NCBI GenBank assembly: GCA_027001995.1 | Contig: JALTLO010000197.1 | Location: forward strand, 31,299-95,298 | Direction of reading: 5' to 3' | Length of the DNA stretch: 64,000 nucleotides | Source: Planctomycetota bacterium | Lineage (GTDB): Bacteria; Planctomycetota; GCA-002687715; DRQF01 | Shown here: one piece after another, positions 17,819 through 27,405 of the stretch | How positions within the stretch are numbered: position 1 is the first letter of the stretch | Layout of the letters: each line of letters begins with the position of its first letter | Notes under the pieces: generated by a model | Database searches by the model: none | What the model was told of the DNA's origin: nothing | What the model saw: the letters and a program-made list of their open reading frames with translations, nothing else | Translations under genes and position numbers: made by a program

Positions 17819-20572
17819 CTATTTGTTTGTTCGAACCTCGACGTCAAGGACGATACGGATCTCCTCATTCCCCGCTTTCACTCCGTTGAGGGTTGTCCAT
17901 GCCACGTATTCAGTCTTGCCTTCTCTTTCTTCACCGAATTGAGCTCTGAGTAGATCCTCGGAGATGGCCTTATTCCATTCTCGCTTTTTCGTTGTGTCGG
18001 TGGGCGAGGGTTTTAGCGTGTAAATGACGCGAACCAAGAACACCTGGCCCATGGTGGCATCTTTCAACTCGAAGAAGCCATTCGCATCCGCCAATGCCTC
18101 ACTAACCTGTCGCCTGGGACGAAAGCTCACTTCATTCTTGGGCTGTCTTGAGAGGGAGAGCCGTGCTTGGAACAAGGGTTGATTGGCTCGGTTAACCACA
18201 ACACCACGAATCGTTCCTTTTTCTATCAGAGTGAAGTTCTTTTCAAAGGACTGGGTGTTTCTGATGGTGAATTCTTGTAATCGGCCCCCTTCGACGCCAT
18301 AGTTCTTGCCTTGTCCGCTAATCTCGACACTCACGACTCCAGCGCGTAGCTCTTCAAATGAATAGAAACCATTGGCGTCGGTGAAAGTGCCTCTTTCATT
18401 GTCACCCATGGTCATGATGTCGTCGCGGGGGTTTTGGTCTGTGACAGCGATGGCAACGCCCTCGACTGGGCCGTTGGGGCCTGTGACCGTTCCGTACAAT
18501 TTGATTCCCCGTTGCAGTTTGACGACTATATCTTTCTTGCCGACTTGATGAAGTTCCAAGGTCGTGAGGTTGCCCCCAGCGAACTTCGGATGAAACGCTT
18601 CGATTTCGAGGCCTGAGTCTTGGCGAATTCCTTGAATCTTAAACTTTCCTTGGGCGTCGCTCACGATGGGTTTGCGTTCTTTGGCGTTGAATATCTGAGA
18701 CATTCTGGATCTTGGGCTGTCTTGATTTTCGCTTAGGACGGTCCAGTAGAGGGCAACGCCAGGGAGCGGTTTGCCATCAGGGTCAACTGTGATGCCGGTT
18801 TGGGTCAAGCCCCGTCGGAGCCGGATATCATGGCCAGTGAGAACGCTGCCTTCTTCTACTAAGGGGAGGGACGCTATTGCGGTTTCTATTTTGCTCTTAT
18901 TGTCGCTTCCTGGAATAAAGGTAGAAAAGATTGATCGCTGAACGATTCCTGGTTGTTCTGCATAGTAGCCGACGGCCTTCGCCTCGATCTGAATCCTGCC
19001 GATTCTTACCCCGCTTATCTGGTATTTGCCGTTGGCATCAGCCCTCCCTTGAGATGACAGGCTGTTGCCTAAGATAAATCCATCTTCCTTGGATATGGGC
19101 ACGATCTTCACTTGGGCAAATGGGATGGGCTCTCCGGTATCTGTATCCAAAACTTGTCCGCTGACAGTGCCCCCCAGAGACATAGTGATGTCTTTGGTGA
19201 TCACTGGGCCATCGCCCATCTTGATCTTGACGGCAATCCCGGGCATGAAACCTGGTGAGTCTTTCTGGGTGGGAGGCATCAGCAATTTGAACCTCTTGTG
19301 CTCGACGAGAAGGCTGACTTGGCCCTCTGGTGCTATTCCATCCAAGCTATAGAAGCCTTTCTCATCGCTGCTGCCTTCGATGGCGATGGGGGCTCTGTTG
19401 GAGAAGCAAATGACTTTTGCCCCTACGACTGGATCCTGAGATCCAGAAAGAGTGATCTGGCCTTCGATTTGAACGCCCTTCTTGAGGACGATTTTCAGGG
19501 TGTCGTTCTTCTTTTCTCTTTCTACTTTGACATCGTCACCCTTGGGTGCGTATCCCTTTGCTTTGACCATATAGTTGTATTTGGCTTTGCCCAATTGAGT
19601 GAATTGGAATTTTCCATTCGGATCGCTTCTGGTCTTGAGGGTTTTGAAGACTGTAGGGAAGCCATTGACATCTCTCAGCAAGGCAATGAGAGCGTTGGCT
19701 ATGGGTTGACCATTCTCATTTTCGACGATTCCACTCAAGAGGTGTCCTGGGGCTAAATCGATTAAGATTTCTTCAATGGCTTGCCCTTCTTCCACCATAA
19801 TCCTATCGGAGTGTTTGAATTCTTTAGCCTCAGCAGTGACGGCCACGGCGTATTCTCCCGGAGTGACGTTTTCGAACACGAAATTGCCAGAATCATCAGT
19901 CGTTGTCATTCCCAGGGGATCATCGTCTCGGGTCAATCGCCGGAGGATGGTCACCAAGTCAAAGTTATTCATGTCTATGGAAACATTGGGAAGCAGGGCG
20001 ACATGGGCTCCTTTCAAGTTCTTTCTCTTGAATGTCACCTTGCCTCGAATCTCTGTCGCCGGGGACATCATAATAATACCCAAGTCAAGTTCTTGGTCCG
20101 CAGCTAAGAAGAGGGCTGGTATCGCTGTGGACGCAAATCCCTTGCCAACAATCTTGAGAGAGAGCTCGACGTCAACGGGTAAGCCTCGGACTTTGAAAGT
20201 TCCATCGTCATGAGTTTCGGCGTTGCGAATTGAGTCGCCTAAGATGGTTGTGACTTGCACCTCCATTTTGGCCATGGGGGAGAGATCCCGGGCCTTAATG
20301 GCTCGTCCTAAGAAAGTGCCTAAGCCTGCGACCATACTCTTAGCCTCGGAGGTGTCCTGGGCGTTTCCCTTTCCCGAAAGGTGGGTTGGGTTTCGTCCGG
20401 TTCTTTCAACCTTGGTGCGAAGGGTATTGGCATCGTCCTGAGGCATCCCAGAGCTTGCGTCTTGCTGGACAAGACCTCCGTCGTTCTCGCTTAAGAAGTT
20501 GAGGACAGCGATGCCGCATCCTAAGACGACAACCAAGACGCCAACGGCGAAGATCATTCTATTGCGATTCAT
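17819..20572 (-). CDS. Membrane-anchored protein with tandem carboxypeptidase-regulatory-like (beta-sandwich) repeats
   Basis: N-terminal TM; repeated G.V.D..G.P..GA.V / TD..G.F...G..PG.Y units; paralog of 61842-64000. Confidence 0.8.
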   Translation of the reverse strand: MNRNRMIFAVGVLVVVLGCGIAVLNFLSENDGGLVQQDASSGMPQDDANTLRTKVERTGRNPTHLSGKGNAQDTSEAKSMVAGLGTFLGRAIKARDLSPMAKMEVQVTTILGDSIRNAETHDDGTFKVRGLPVDVELSLKIVGKGFASTAIPALFLAADQELDLGIIMMSPATEIRGKVTFKRKNLKGAHVALLPNVSIDMNNFDLVTILRRLTRDDDPLGMTTTDDSGNFVFENVTPGEYAVAVTAEAKEFKHSDRIMVEEGQAIEEILIDLAPGHLLSGIVENENGQPIANALIALLRDVNGFPTVFKTLKTRSDPNGKFQFTQLGKAKYNYMVKAKGYAPKGDDVKVEREKKNDTLKIVLKKGVQIEGQITLSGSQDPVVGAKVICFSNRAPIAIEGSSDEKGFYSLDGIAPEGQVSLLVEHKRFKLLMPPTQKDSPGFMPGIAVKIKMGDGPVITKDITMSLGGTVSGQVLDTDTGEPIPFAQVKIVPISKEDGFILGNSLSSQGRADANGKYQISGVRIGRIQIEAKAVGYYAEQPGIVQRSIFSTFIPGSDNKSKIETAIASLPLVEEGSVLTGHDIRLRRGLTQTGITVDPDGKPLPGVALYWTVLSENQDSPRSRMSQIFNAKERKPIVSDAQGKFKIQGIRQDSGLEIEAFHPKFAGGNLTTLELHQVGKKDIVVKLQRGIKLYGTVTGPNGPVEGVAIAVTDQNPRDDIMTMGDNERGTFTDANGFYSFEELRAGVVSVEISGQGKNYGVEGGRLQEFTIRNTQSFEKNFTLIEKGTIRGVVVNRANQPLFQARLSLSRQPKNEVSFRPRRQVSEALADANGFFELKDATMGQVFLVRVIYTLKPSPTDTTKKREWNKAISEDLLRAQFGEEREGKTEYVAWTTLNGVKAGNEEIRIVLDVEVRTNK

Positions 20573-20981
20573 TCGAATTCCCTCTTCCCTGCAACAGCCA
20601 ACGATGTTTCCTCATCATAACCAAATTGGAGAACACGATTTGAGCTCATCTATCCTTGAGCTCATCCTCCCCCAATGAAGCCCATTATCAAGTCTGACGA
20701 AGGCCAAAGGAGAATGTTCATGGTTTCCCCCGAGAAGACCCCTAAGAAGGGTGCTTAGACTTCCCCGTGCACCAACCCTTGGATTCAGATTTTGGCCCGT
20801 TTCTCCGCTTTTGGTCGCCCAATTCAGGCAGGAAACCATCAAAAGAGTGATTTGGCCTTTGAAATAGCATTTGTTTACCTTTATGTCTTATTTCGGAACA
20901 TTTCCGGCCGAAGAGGGTTTTATCGACGGTCGCCACGGATAGGAATCTGTGGATTTCTCAGTGCAGATAGCGAGTAACTCG

Positions 20982-23093
20982 ATGACAGTACAGAAACGTC
21001 GCTTGCAAGTGATTCTTTTTTGTTCCCTGGCCCTCATGACTCTTGGGCTCACAATCGGTATGCAGACCATCGACCGTGCTCAGGCTGAGCCTCATTTGGC
21101 CACCAAGATTCAACTCTGGGAGCAAGGTGCCAGAGAGATCGATCGCTTGGTCCAAGTCAATCTGAAACAGAATAAACTGTCCCCCAACAAAATGGCCTCG
21201 GATGCCACTTTTCTGCGGCGGGTCTACTTGGATGTCATTGGCCGAATTCCCGATATCAAAGAAACACGGGCTTTTCTCAAGTCGAAAAATCCGAACAAAC
21301 GCAAAGAGTTGGTGGTGACCCTGATGAATTCGCCGGGGTACGTGAGTCATAATTTCAATTTCTGGGCTGATATCCTGCGAATCAAATCTCGTCCCATCCC
21401 ACAGATCAGTGGTGAACCTTTCATCCATTGGATCAAGCAATCTTTGCAAGAGAACAAACCCTACGATGTCATGGTTCGAGAAATGCTCACCACCAATGGC
21501 GCAGCTAACGAGAAGGGCAATGGGGCCACAGGTTTCTTGCTACGGGACCGGGGGATGCCTCTGGACAGCATGGCCAATACGGTTCGGGTCTTCCTGGGTA
21601 CGCGCATTGAATGTGCTCAATGTCACAATCACCCCTTTGCCGATTGGACGCAGCGACAGTTTTTTGAAATGGCGGCATTCTTCGGTGGTTTGCAATATGT
21701 CAATGAGATGTTCACTAAGCCCGAAGGACGGAAACTCTTGCGCCAATCCAGAACGATCGGCAAGCAACAAGGAGAATTGGCTGCCCGCAATCTTCGGCGC
21801 CAAGTTCGTCGTGTTCTTCAGCCTGGGATCAACAATAGCGGGACCGGAGTAGCTCGATTGCCCAATGACTACGCTTACGACGATGGCAAGCCCAATGACT
21901 TCGTTCTTGCAAAGACTCTTTTCGGCAAACCGGCTGCCATCAATCCGAAGGTTCCCAAGATTCCACGCCGATTCGCGGAGCGCATGAAGAAGGCCAAGAA
22001 TAAGAAAAGGATGATGAGGCGCTCATTTGCCAAAGATATACGGTCGCGAGATGCCTTCGCGGACTGGTTGACTGATGATGAGAATCCACTCTTTACCACG
22101 GTGATCGTCAACCGCATGTGGGCGAAGTTGATGGGGCATCCCTTGGTGCCAGCTATAGACGATATGCGGGAAGATAGTGTCTCGGTTAATCCTGATTTAT
22201 CCGCACACCTAAACAGGTTGATGAAGGACCTGAACTACGACTTGAAGGCCTTTCAAACTGTGATCCTGCTGAGCAAGACCTACCAACGAGAATCGGAAAC
22301 CAGTCTTCCTCAGGCACCAGAACGATTTCGTTTCCCCGGTCCTTTGTCCAGACGGATGAGCGCCGAGCAATTCTGGGATTCCATGCTGACTTTGGTCGTT
22401 CCCAATATCGATAGCACCATCACCGAACCTATGTCCTTGCGAGCCAAGGCTGTTTACGACAACTACGAGCTATTGAGTGGCAAGTCCGCTCAAGAGATCA
22501 TAGCTCAATTCAAAGGGCCGGAAGGTTCGATGATGTCTCAACAAGAGTTGCGCCGTCAGAAACGAATGGAGTTTCGTGAAAAGCTGCGTCCGTTGAGACG
22601 AGCGTTGGTTCAGGCTCGGCGGCGAAAAGACAAACAGGCTGAAGCGGAAGCGCTCGCCAGTCTCAAAGCCCTGGGGATCGATGGCGATAATTTCTTGTCC
22701 CAGCAGCGCTATGGACGAGAATTACTCCGCGCTTCCGAGCTGCCGTCCCCAACCCCTCCAGGGCACTTCTTGCGAGAATTCGGCCAGTCCGATCGGGATC
22801 AGGCTAACGGTGCATCAACAGCACCCACTGTTCCCCAAGTGCTTAACCTGGTGAACGGTTTTGTTGAGAAGAACCTCTTGGCGAAGAGGCAAGGCATGAT
22901 GCTTTCTGCATTGCGCCGCACGCAGAAAACAGATCAGAAAATTCGTTTGGTTTTTCTCTTTGTTTTGAACCGCCAGCCCAGCAGATCGGAGATCGCATCA
23001 TGGCGAGGGGACGCGGCAAAAATCGGTGAGCCAGCGATCTTTGATTTGATTTGGACCTTAGTAAATAGCCATGAGTTTAGGCAGTTGAGCTGA
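20982..23093 (+). CDS. DUF1549/DUF1553 (PSD1) planctomycete protein
   Basis: DATFLRRVYLDVIGRIP, WADILR, NKPYD, FLGTRIECAQCHNHPF, VNRMWAKLMG, RRMSAEQFWD, DLIWTLVNSHEF. Confidence 0.9.
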   Translation: MTVQKRRLQVILFCSLALMTLGLTIGMQTIDRAQAEPHLATKIQLWEQGAREIDRLVQVNLKQNKLSPNKMASDATFLRRVYLDVIGRIPDIKETRAFLKSKNPNKRKELVVTLMNSPGYVSHNFNFWADILRIKSRPIPQISGEPFIHWIKQSLQENKPYDVMVREMLTTNGAANEKGNGATGFLLRDRGMPLDSMANTVRVFLGTRIECAQCHNHPFADWTQRQFFEMAAFFGGLQYVNEMFTKPEGRKLLRQSRTIGKQQGELAARNLRRQVRRVLQPGINNSGTGVARLPNDYAYDDGKPNDFVLAKTLFGKPAAINPKVPKIPRRFAERMKKAKNKKRMMRRSFAKDIRSRDAFADWLTDDENPLFTTVIVNRMWAKLMGHPLVPAIDDMREDSVSVNPDLSAHLNRLMKDLNYDLKAFQTVILLSKTYQRESETSLPQAPERFRFPGPLSRRMSAEQFWDSMLTLVVPNIDSTITEPMSLRAKAVYDNYELLSGKSAQEIIAQFKGPEGSMMSQQELRRQKRMEFREKLRPLRRALVQARRRKDKQAEAEALASLKALGIDGDNFLSQQRYGRELLRASELPSPTPPGHFLREFGQSDRDQANGASTAPTVPQVLNLVNGFVEKNLLAKRQGMMLSALRRTQKTDQKIRLVFLFVLNRQPSRSEIASWRGDAAKIGEPAIFDLIWTLVNSHEFRQLS

Positions 23094-23106
23094 GAGGATT
23101 GCAGCC

Positions 23107-24420
23107 ATGAATATCAACGACGTTAAGAGTGAATCTGATCCTCGTAGCCGCCGAGACTTCTTAGGGGGGGCCGCAAGGGGACTTTTGGGCGTTAGTCTTT
23201 TGCCTTCCTTGGGAGGCATGGGAGGGCTCTTTTCCAACTTAGAGGAGAAGAAGGTTGTTTTGGGCCCGGCGACGGCCAAGAACGTTATTTACCTCTTCAT
23301 GAGTGGGGGCATGTCTCACTTGGACACCTTTGATCTGAAGCCCGGATCTCCTTCTCAGGGACCGACGAAGTCGATCGCCAGTAATGTTGATGGCATCCTG
23401 CTTTCAGAGCACATGCCTTCCTTGGCTAAGCAGATGGATAAAGTAGCGGTCATTAACTCCATGTTCTCGAATCAAGGGGCACATGTGACCGGGCGTTACT
23501 TGATGCACACCAGCTACGTTGCACGGGGTACGATCAAGCATCCTAGCATGGGGGCTTGGTTGGGGCATATGGCTGGGCGGACAAACAAAACCCTTCCTGG
23601 ACATGTCACGATTGGTCCCGATAGCACTCTCGCTACCAACGGTTTCTTGTCTTCAGAATATGCGCCTTTACCAATTGGTGATCCGTCGACTGGGCTGGCC
23701 AATGGTAAGCGGCATAAGAACGTGGACGCAGCAACATTGGAACGGCGTCTCACACGACTGCAACGAATGAATGAAGCATTCAACCGCAAGCATAAATCGC
23801 GCAGTACGCAAGATTACGAAAAGATCTATCAAGAGGCCGTTAAGCTGATGAGTTCGAAAGACCTAGCGGCCTTTGATATCAGCCAAGAGGACGAACTGAT
23901 TCGCAATGCCTATGGTTCAGATTCCTTTGCCCAAGGTTGCTTGCTGGCTCGGCGTTTGGTGGAGCACGATGTGCGCTACGTTGAAGTCGTTATGGGTGGA
24001 TGGGATACTCACAACGAAAACTTTGATGCCATGGAGACGCAAGTGCCGAAGTTGGATCGGGCACTCGCCTGCCTTTTGGCCGACTTAGAGATTCGCGGTT
24101 TGCTCGAAGAAACCCTGGTGGTTTTGGCCACTGAATTCGGTCGGTCACCAGAAATCAACCCAGACCGCAATGGCCGCGACCATCATCCAAAGGCCTTTAG
24201 CTGCTTGCTTGCAGGGGGCGGCATCAAGGGTGGCGTTAAATGGGGGCAAACGGATGAGTTCGGGGCCCAAGTGGTGGAGAACCAGGTTCACGTTCAAGAC
24301 TTGAATGCCACGATTGCCCATGCCTTGGGTCTTCCTTTAGACCACCGCGTGTTCTCGCCTTCGGGTCGCCCTTTCCAAGTGGCGGACAAGGGAAAACCCG
24401 TCTTGCAGTTGTTTGCCTAA
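23107..24420 (+). CDS. DUF1501 family protein (Tat-exported)
   Basis: SRRDFL Tat motif, AKNVIYLFMSGGMSHLDTFD, CLLARRLVE, GGWDTH, TEFGRSP, GRDHH. Confidence 0.92.
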   Translation: MNINDVKSESDPRSRRDFLGGAARGLLGVSLLPSLGGMGGLFSNLEEKKVVLGPATAKNVIYLFMSGGMSHLDTFDLKPGSPSQGPTKSIASNVDGILLSEHMPSLAKQMDKVAVINSMFSNQGAHVTGRYLMHTSYVARGTIKHPSMGAWLGHMAGRTNKTLPGHVTIGPDSTLATNGFLSSEYAPLPIGDPSTGLANGKRHKNVDAATLERRLTRLQRMNEAFNRKHKSRSTQDYEKIYQEAVKLMSSKDLAAFDISQEDELIRNAYGSDSFAQGCLLARRLVEHDVRYVEVVMGGWDTHNENFDAMETQVPKLDRALACLLADLEIRGLLEETLVVLATEFGRSPEINPDRNGRDHHPKAFSCLLAGGGIKGGVKWGQTDEFGAQVVENQVHVQDLNATIAHALGLPLDHRVFSPSGRPFQVADKGKPVLQLFA

Positions 24421-24421
24421 A

Positions 24422-25456
24422 ATGAGAAATGCAATGAAACGAAACAAACGATCATCGTTACTACTGGCAGTTGTGGCCCTCATGTTGGGGACGGTCGGGC
24501 TGAATGCCCAGACCCCAGACTTCGAAAAAGACGTTCTGCCGATTCTGAAGAAACGTTGCTTTGAATGTCATGGGGCCCCCAGGAAAGACAAGCGTGGGCG
24601 GATGAAGTTCGCCAAGGCTGGCCTTCGCTTGGACGGCAAGGATCATATTATTGCTGGGTCTGTGATTGTTCCCAGGTCACCTCAGACGAGCATGTTAGTT
24701 GAGTACATCTCCCTACCCGCCGGTGATCCTGATATCATGCCTCCCAAGGGATCTCCTCTTACGGCCAAGGAAGTACAGACGATCTACAGCTGGGTCAATG
24801 ATGGCGCTTCCTATGGTTCTTGGGTGGGTGCGTCTCGCACCCAAGTGAAGAATACGACAGCGAAAAAAGTGTCGCCTGTTTCCAAGAGTATTCAAGTACT
24901 CAAACAACTGGGAGCCAACTTAAGCCCCTTGCAAGAATCGACCATGGCGGGGATTTTGCCAGGCTTGGCTCAAGTGGAGGCGGTCTATCCGGGTAGCGGC
25001 CTTTTGCGCGTGTCCTTTGCCCGTACGTCAAAGGTGGTTGATGATGATGTCCTGCGGAAGCTAGCAGCCTTTGCTCCTCGGATTGCTCGTTTGAACTTGT
25101 CAGGAACGAAAGTGACAGACAAGGGATTGTTGTATCTGACGAAGATGAAACGTTTGGTTCATTTGGATCTCCATAAGACAGGGGTTACAGACGCTGGCTT
25201 GGCATATCTCAAGGGGCTGAAGGAGTTACGCTCTCTGAACCTCTATGGCACCCAAGTGACGGATCAGGGTTTGCCGCAGATCTCGATGCTGAAGAGACTC
25301 AACTCTCTCTATCTGTGGCGCAGTCAAGTCACCGCCGCTGGAGCTAAGCGTCTACGGCAGGTTCTGCCCGCGGCCAAAATTAGCTTTGAGTTGGTTCTCC
25401 CAGATCCGGCTCCCCCAGAGGAAACCCCCCGGCGTCGACGCAGAGGGAAGAAGTAA
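24422..25456 (+). CDS. Planctomycete cytochrome c domain + leucine-rich repeat protein
   Basis: Signal peptide, DFEKDVLPILKKRCFECH, MPP, then LRR units (LNLSGTKVTDKGL); start could be 24413, 24422 or 24434. Confidence 0.87.
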   Translation: MRNAMKRNKRSSLLLAVVALMLGTVGLNAQTPDFEKDVLPILKKRCFECHGAPRKDKRGRMKFAKAGLRLDGKDHIIAGSVIVPRSPQTSMLVEYISLPAGDPDIMPPKGSPLTAKEVQTIYSWVNDGASYGSWVGASRTQVKNTTAKKVSPVSKSIQVLKQLGANLSPLQESTMAGILPGLAQVEAVYPGSGLLRVSFARTSKVVDDDVLRKLAAFAPRIARLNLSGTKVTDKGLLYLTKMKRLVHLDLHKTGVTDAGLAYLKGLKELRSLNLYGTQVTDQGLPQISMLKRLNSLYLWRSQVTAAGAKRLRQVLPAAKISFELVLPDPAPPEETPRRRRRGKK

Positions 25457-25562
25457 GACCCACTGGACAAATCGAATCCATTACGCATGATAGGCCTGTC
25501 TACGGGACTCTTCCAGGGGCACTGGAGGTTTAAAGCCTGTGGGGGAGCGTTTCGAGGGACGG

Positions 25563-26039
25563 ATGGAAGTTCGAATCGAGTGTATTGAGGGCGTCACCAA
25601 GGGCCATGTCTATCGTTCAAAGGAACGGCAGATCCTCATGGGCCGTAGTTCGTCCTGCGACTTGATCTTGGATGGTGACAAAGACTTGGGTGTCAGTGGT
25701 CGGCATTGTGTCATCAAGGTTCATGGCAATCGAGCCACCTTGGAAGACTGCGGCAGCACCAATGGAACTCTCTTGGCTGGTAAGCCAATCAAGAAGCCTA
25801 TGACTCTCAAAGACGGCGCAACATTTCGCTTGGGGCGTCAAGGGCCCATCTTTCGCTTTTCCACAGTGAGAGAGAACCCGCCGACTGCGGCTGAGCCTAT
25901 CCAAGAAATCTCTGGGAACAAGACGAGCTCAGCGAGCCCCACAAGCTCCGATAGAGCTTGGAAGTTCCTATTCTTTGTCGCTCTCTTAGTCGTTTTGCTG
26001 GGTTCAAGCGTTCTGGTCTACCGACACTACATCAGCTAG
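25563..26039 (+). CDS. FHA domain protein with C-terminal TM helix
   Basis: GR, VSGRH, DCGSTNGT FHA motifs; hydrophobic C-terminus; GAGGGA RBS before ATG 25563. Confidence 0.88.
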   Translation: MEVRIECIEGVTKGHVYRSKERQILMGRSSSCDLILDGDKDLGVSGRHCVIKVHGNRATLEDCGSTNGTLLAGKPIKKPMTLKDGATFRLGRQGPIFRFSTVRENPPTAAEPIQEISGNKTSSASPTSSDRAWKFLFFVALLVVLLGSSVLVYRHYIS

Positions 26040-26075
26040 AGAAAACGGACTTTGTTGTTCTGTCCTATGTCCATC

Positions 26076-27263
26076 TCATTCCTTGATCTCTGCAACCAGA
26101 GCACTTGCCAACTTCTTGTAGTCATCTAAACAGTTATGAGCTTGGGCCGAAATTCGAAGGCACACGTTGGGTGCTTGGGGGAAGTGATGGAGAGGCACTT
26201 GAATTCCGTACTTGGCGAAAAGCGTTTCTTGGAGGGGGAGAGTGGCGAAGTGATCTTCCATTAGGTCTGAAGGGCCAGAGCCAAGGGGGATGGTGGCGAT
26301 GGAGCCGATCATGGAATCGGGGCAGGGCGCTTTTCTTTGAATGGCATCGAGAATGATTTCTCGCCCCGCCAAGACCAAGTTGCGATTGTGAGTTCTCAGT
26401 TCATCCCATCCTCCTGGGAAAAGTCTCGCCATAAAACCGAGGGCCTCCGGAATGCAAAGCCAAGGGGTGGGGTCACAGGTTCCTTGCCAATCGAATTCCC
26501 AACGAAAGCGGCTGCGGTGGGCGGTGGGAGCATTGGCACCATGGCTTATGACTGCTGGTCGGATGACTTCTCGGTATTCTGCTGCCACCCAGAGAAAGGC
26601 GGCCCCCTTAGGTGTGCACAACCATTTGTGGGCATTGGAAGTGTAGAAATCAGCTCCGATGCGGCCCATGGAGATGTCAAGCATGCCTAAGGCGTGGGCA
26701 CCGTCCACCAACACCATGGAGCCCGCCTTCTTAAGGCGAGAAACGAGCTCTTCGATTGGCAGGACCAGAGCTGTTGCACTGGTGACATGATCCAGGAGTG
26801 TCAATTTGGTCTTTGGGCCCACTTCCTTCATGACGGCGTCGACCACTTCCTTAGGGTCGTTGAGCGGGAAGGGCACCTGAGCCACACGGACGATGGCCCC
26901 CGATCTCTCTGCCACATAGTTCAGGATGTTTCGGCAGGCATTGTATTCATGATTAGTACAGAGGAGCTCGTCCCCTGGTTCAAACTCCAGCGATCGCAAG
27001 ACGGCGTTGACGCCAGTCGTGGCATTGGTCACGAAAGCCAAGCCTTCCACGTCGCCGTCGATAAATGAAGCAAGAGCCTCCAAGGCCGGGTTCCACAGGT
27101 CAGGTAGTTTTTGCACCATGAAGTGGACCGGTTCCGACTCCAGTTGGGCCCGGAGTTCAGTTTGCTTGGCCAAAATCTCGATGGGACAAGCGCCAAAAGA
27201 TCCATGGTTGAGAAAGGTAATTGAAGGATCAAGCTGCCAGAGGTGTTTGTGTGGACTTTGCAT
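26076..27263 (-). CDS. Class V PLP-dependent enzyme (isopenicillin N epimerase / EgtE-Egt2 / cysteine desulfhydrase-like)
   Basis: FLNHGSFGACP, NATTG, DHVTS, VDGAH, NAHKWLCTPKG (PLP Lys), RISAQ. Confidence 0.88.
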   Translation of the reverse strand: MQSPHKHLWQLDPSITFLNHGSFGACPIEILAKQTELRAQLESEPVHFMVQKLPDLWNPALEALASFIDGDVEGLAFVTNATTGVNAVLRSLEFEPGDELLCTNHEYNACRNILNYVAERSGAIVRVAQVPFPLNDPKEVVDAVMKEVGPKTKLTLLDHVTSATALVLPIEELVSRLKKAGSMVLVDGAHALGMLDISMGRIGADFYTSNAHKWLCTPKGAAFLWVAAEYREVIRPAVISHGANAPTAHRSRFRWEFDWQGTCDPTPWLCIPEALGFMARLFPGGWDELRTHNRNLVLAGREIILDAIQRKAPCPDSMIGSIATIPLGSGPSDLMEDHFATLPLQETLFAKYGIQVPLHHFPQAPNVCLRISAQAHNCLDDYKKLASALVAEIKE

Positions 27264-27405
27264 GGCAGGAGGGTACCTTATTCTTGAAGATTTCTGCCAG
27301 AGGTGTTCTTGGCTGGAAATGAGGAAAGGTGTTTTCTGGGGCAAGGGACGTTATGATGAGAGTGAGCGCAAGATGGAAGTCTCTATGCAAGTCCAGGAAA
27401 ACCCC

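Noticed and set aside
27007..27405. N-terminal extension of the 854-aa ORF
   Set aside because: Overlaps the divergent PLP enzyme gene; the signal peptide begins at ATG 27406
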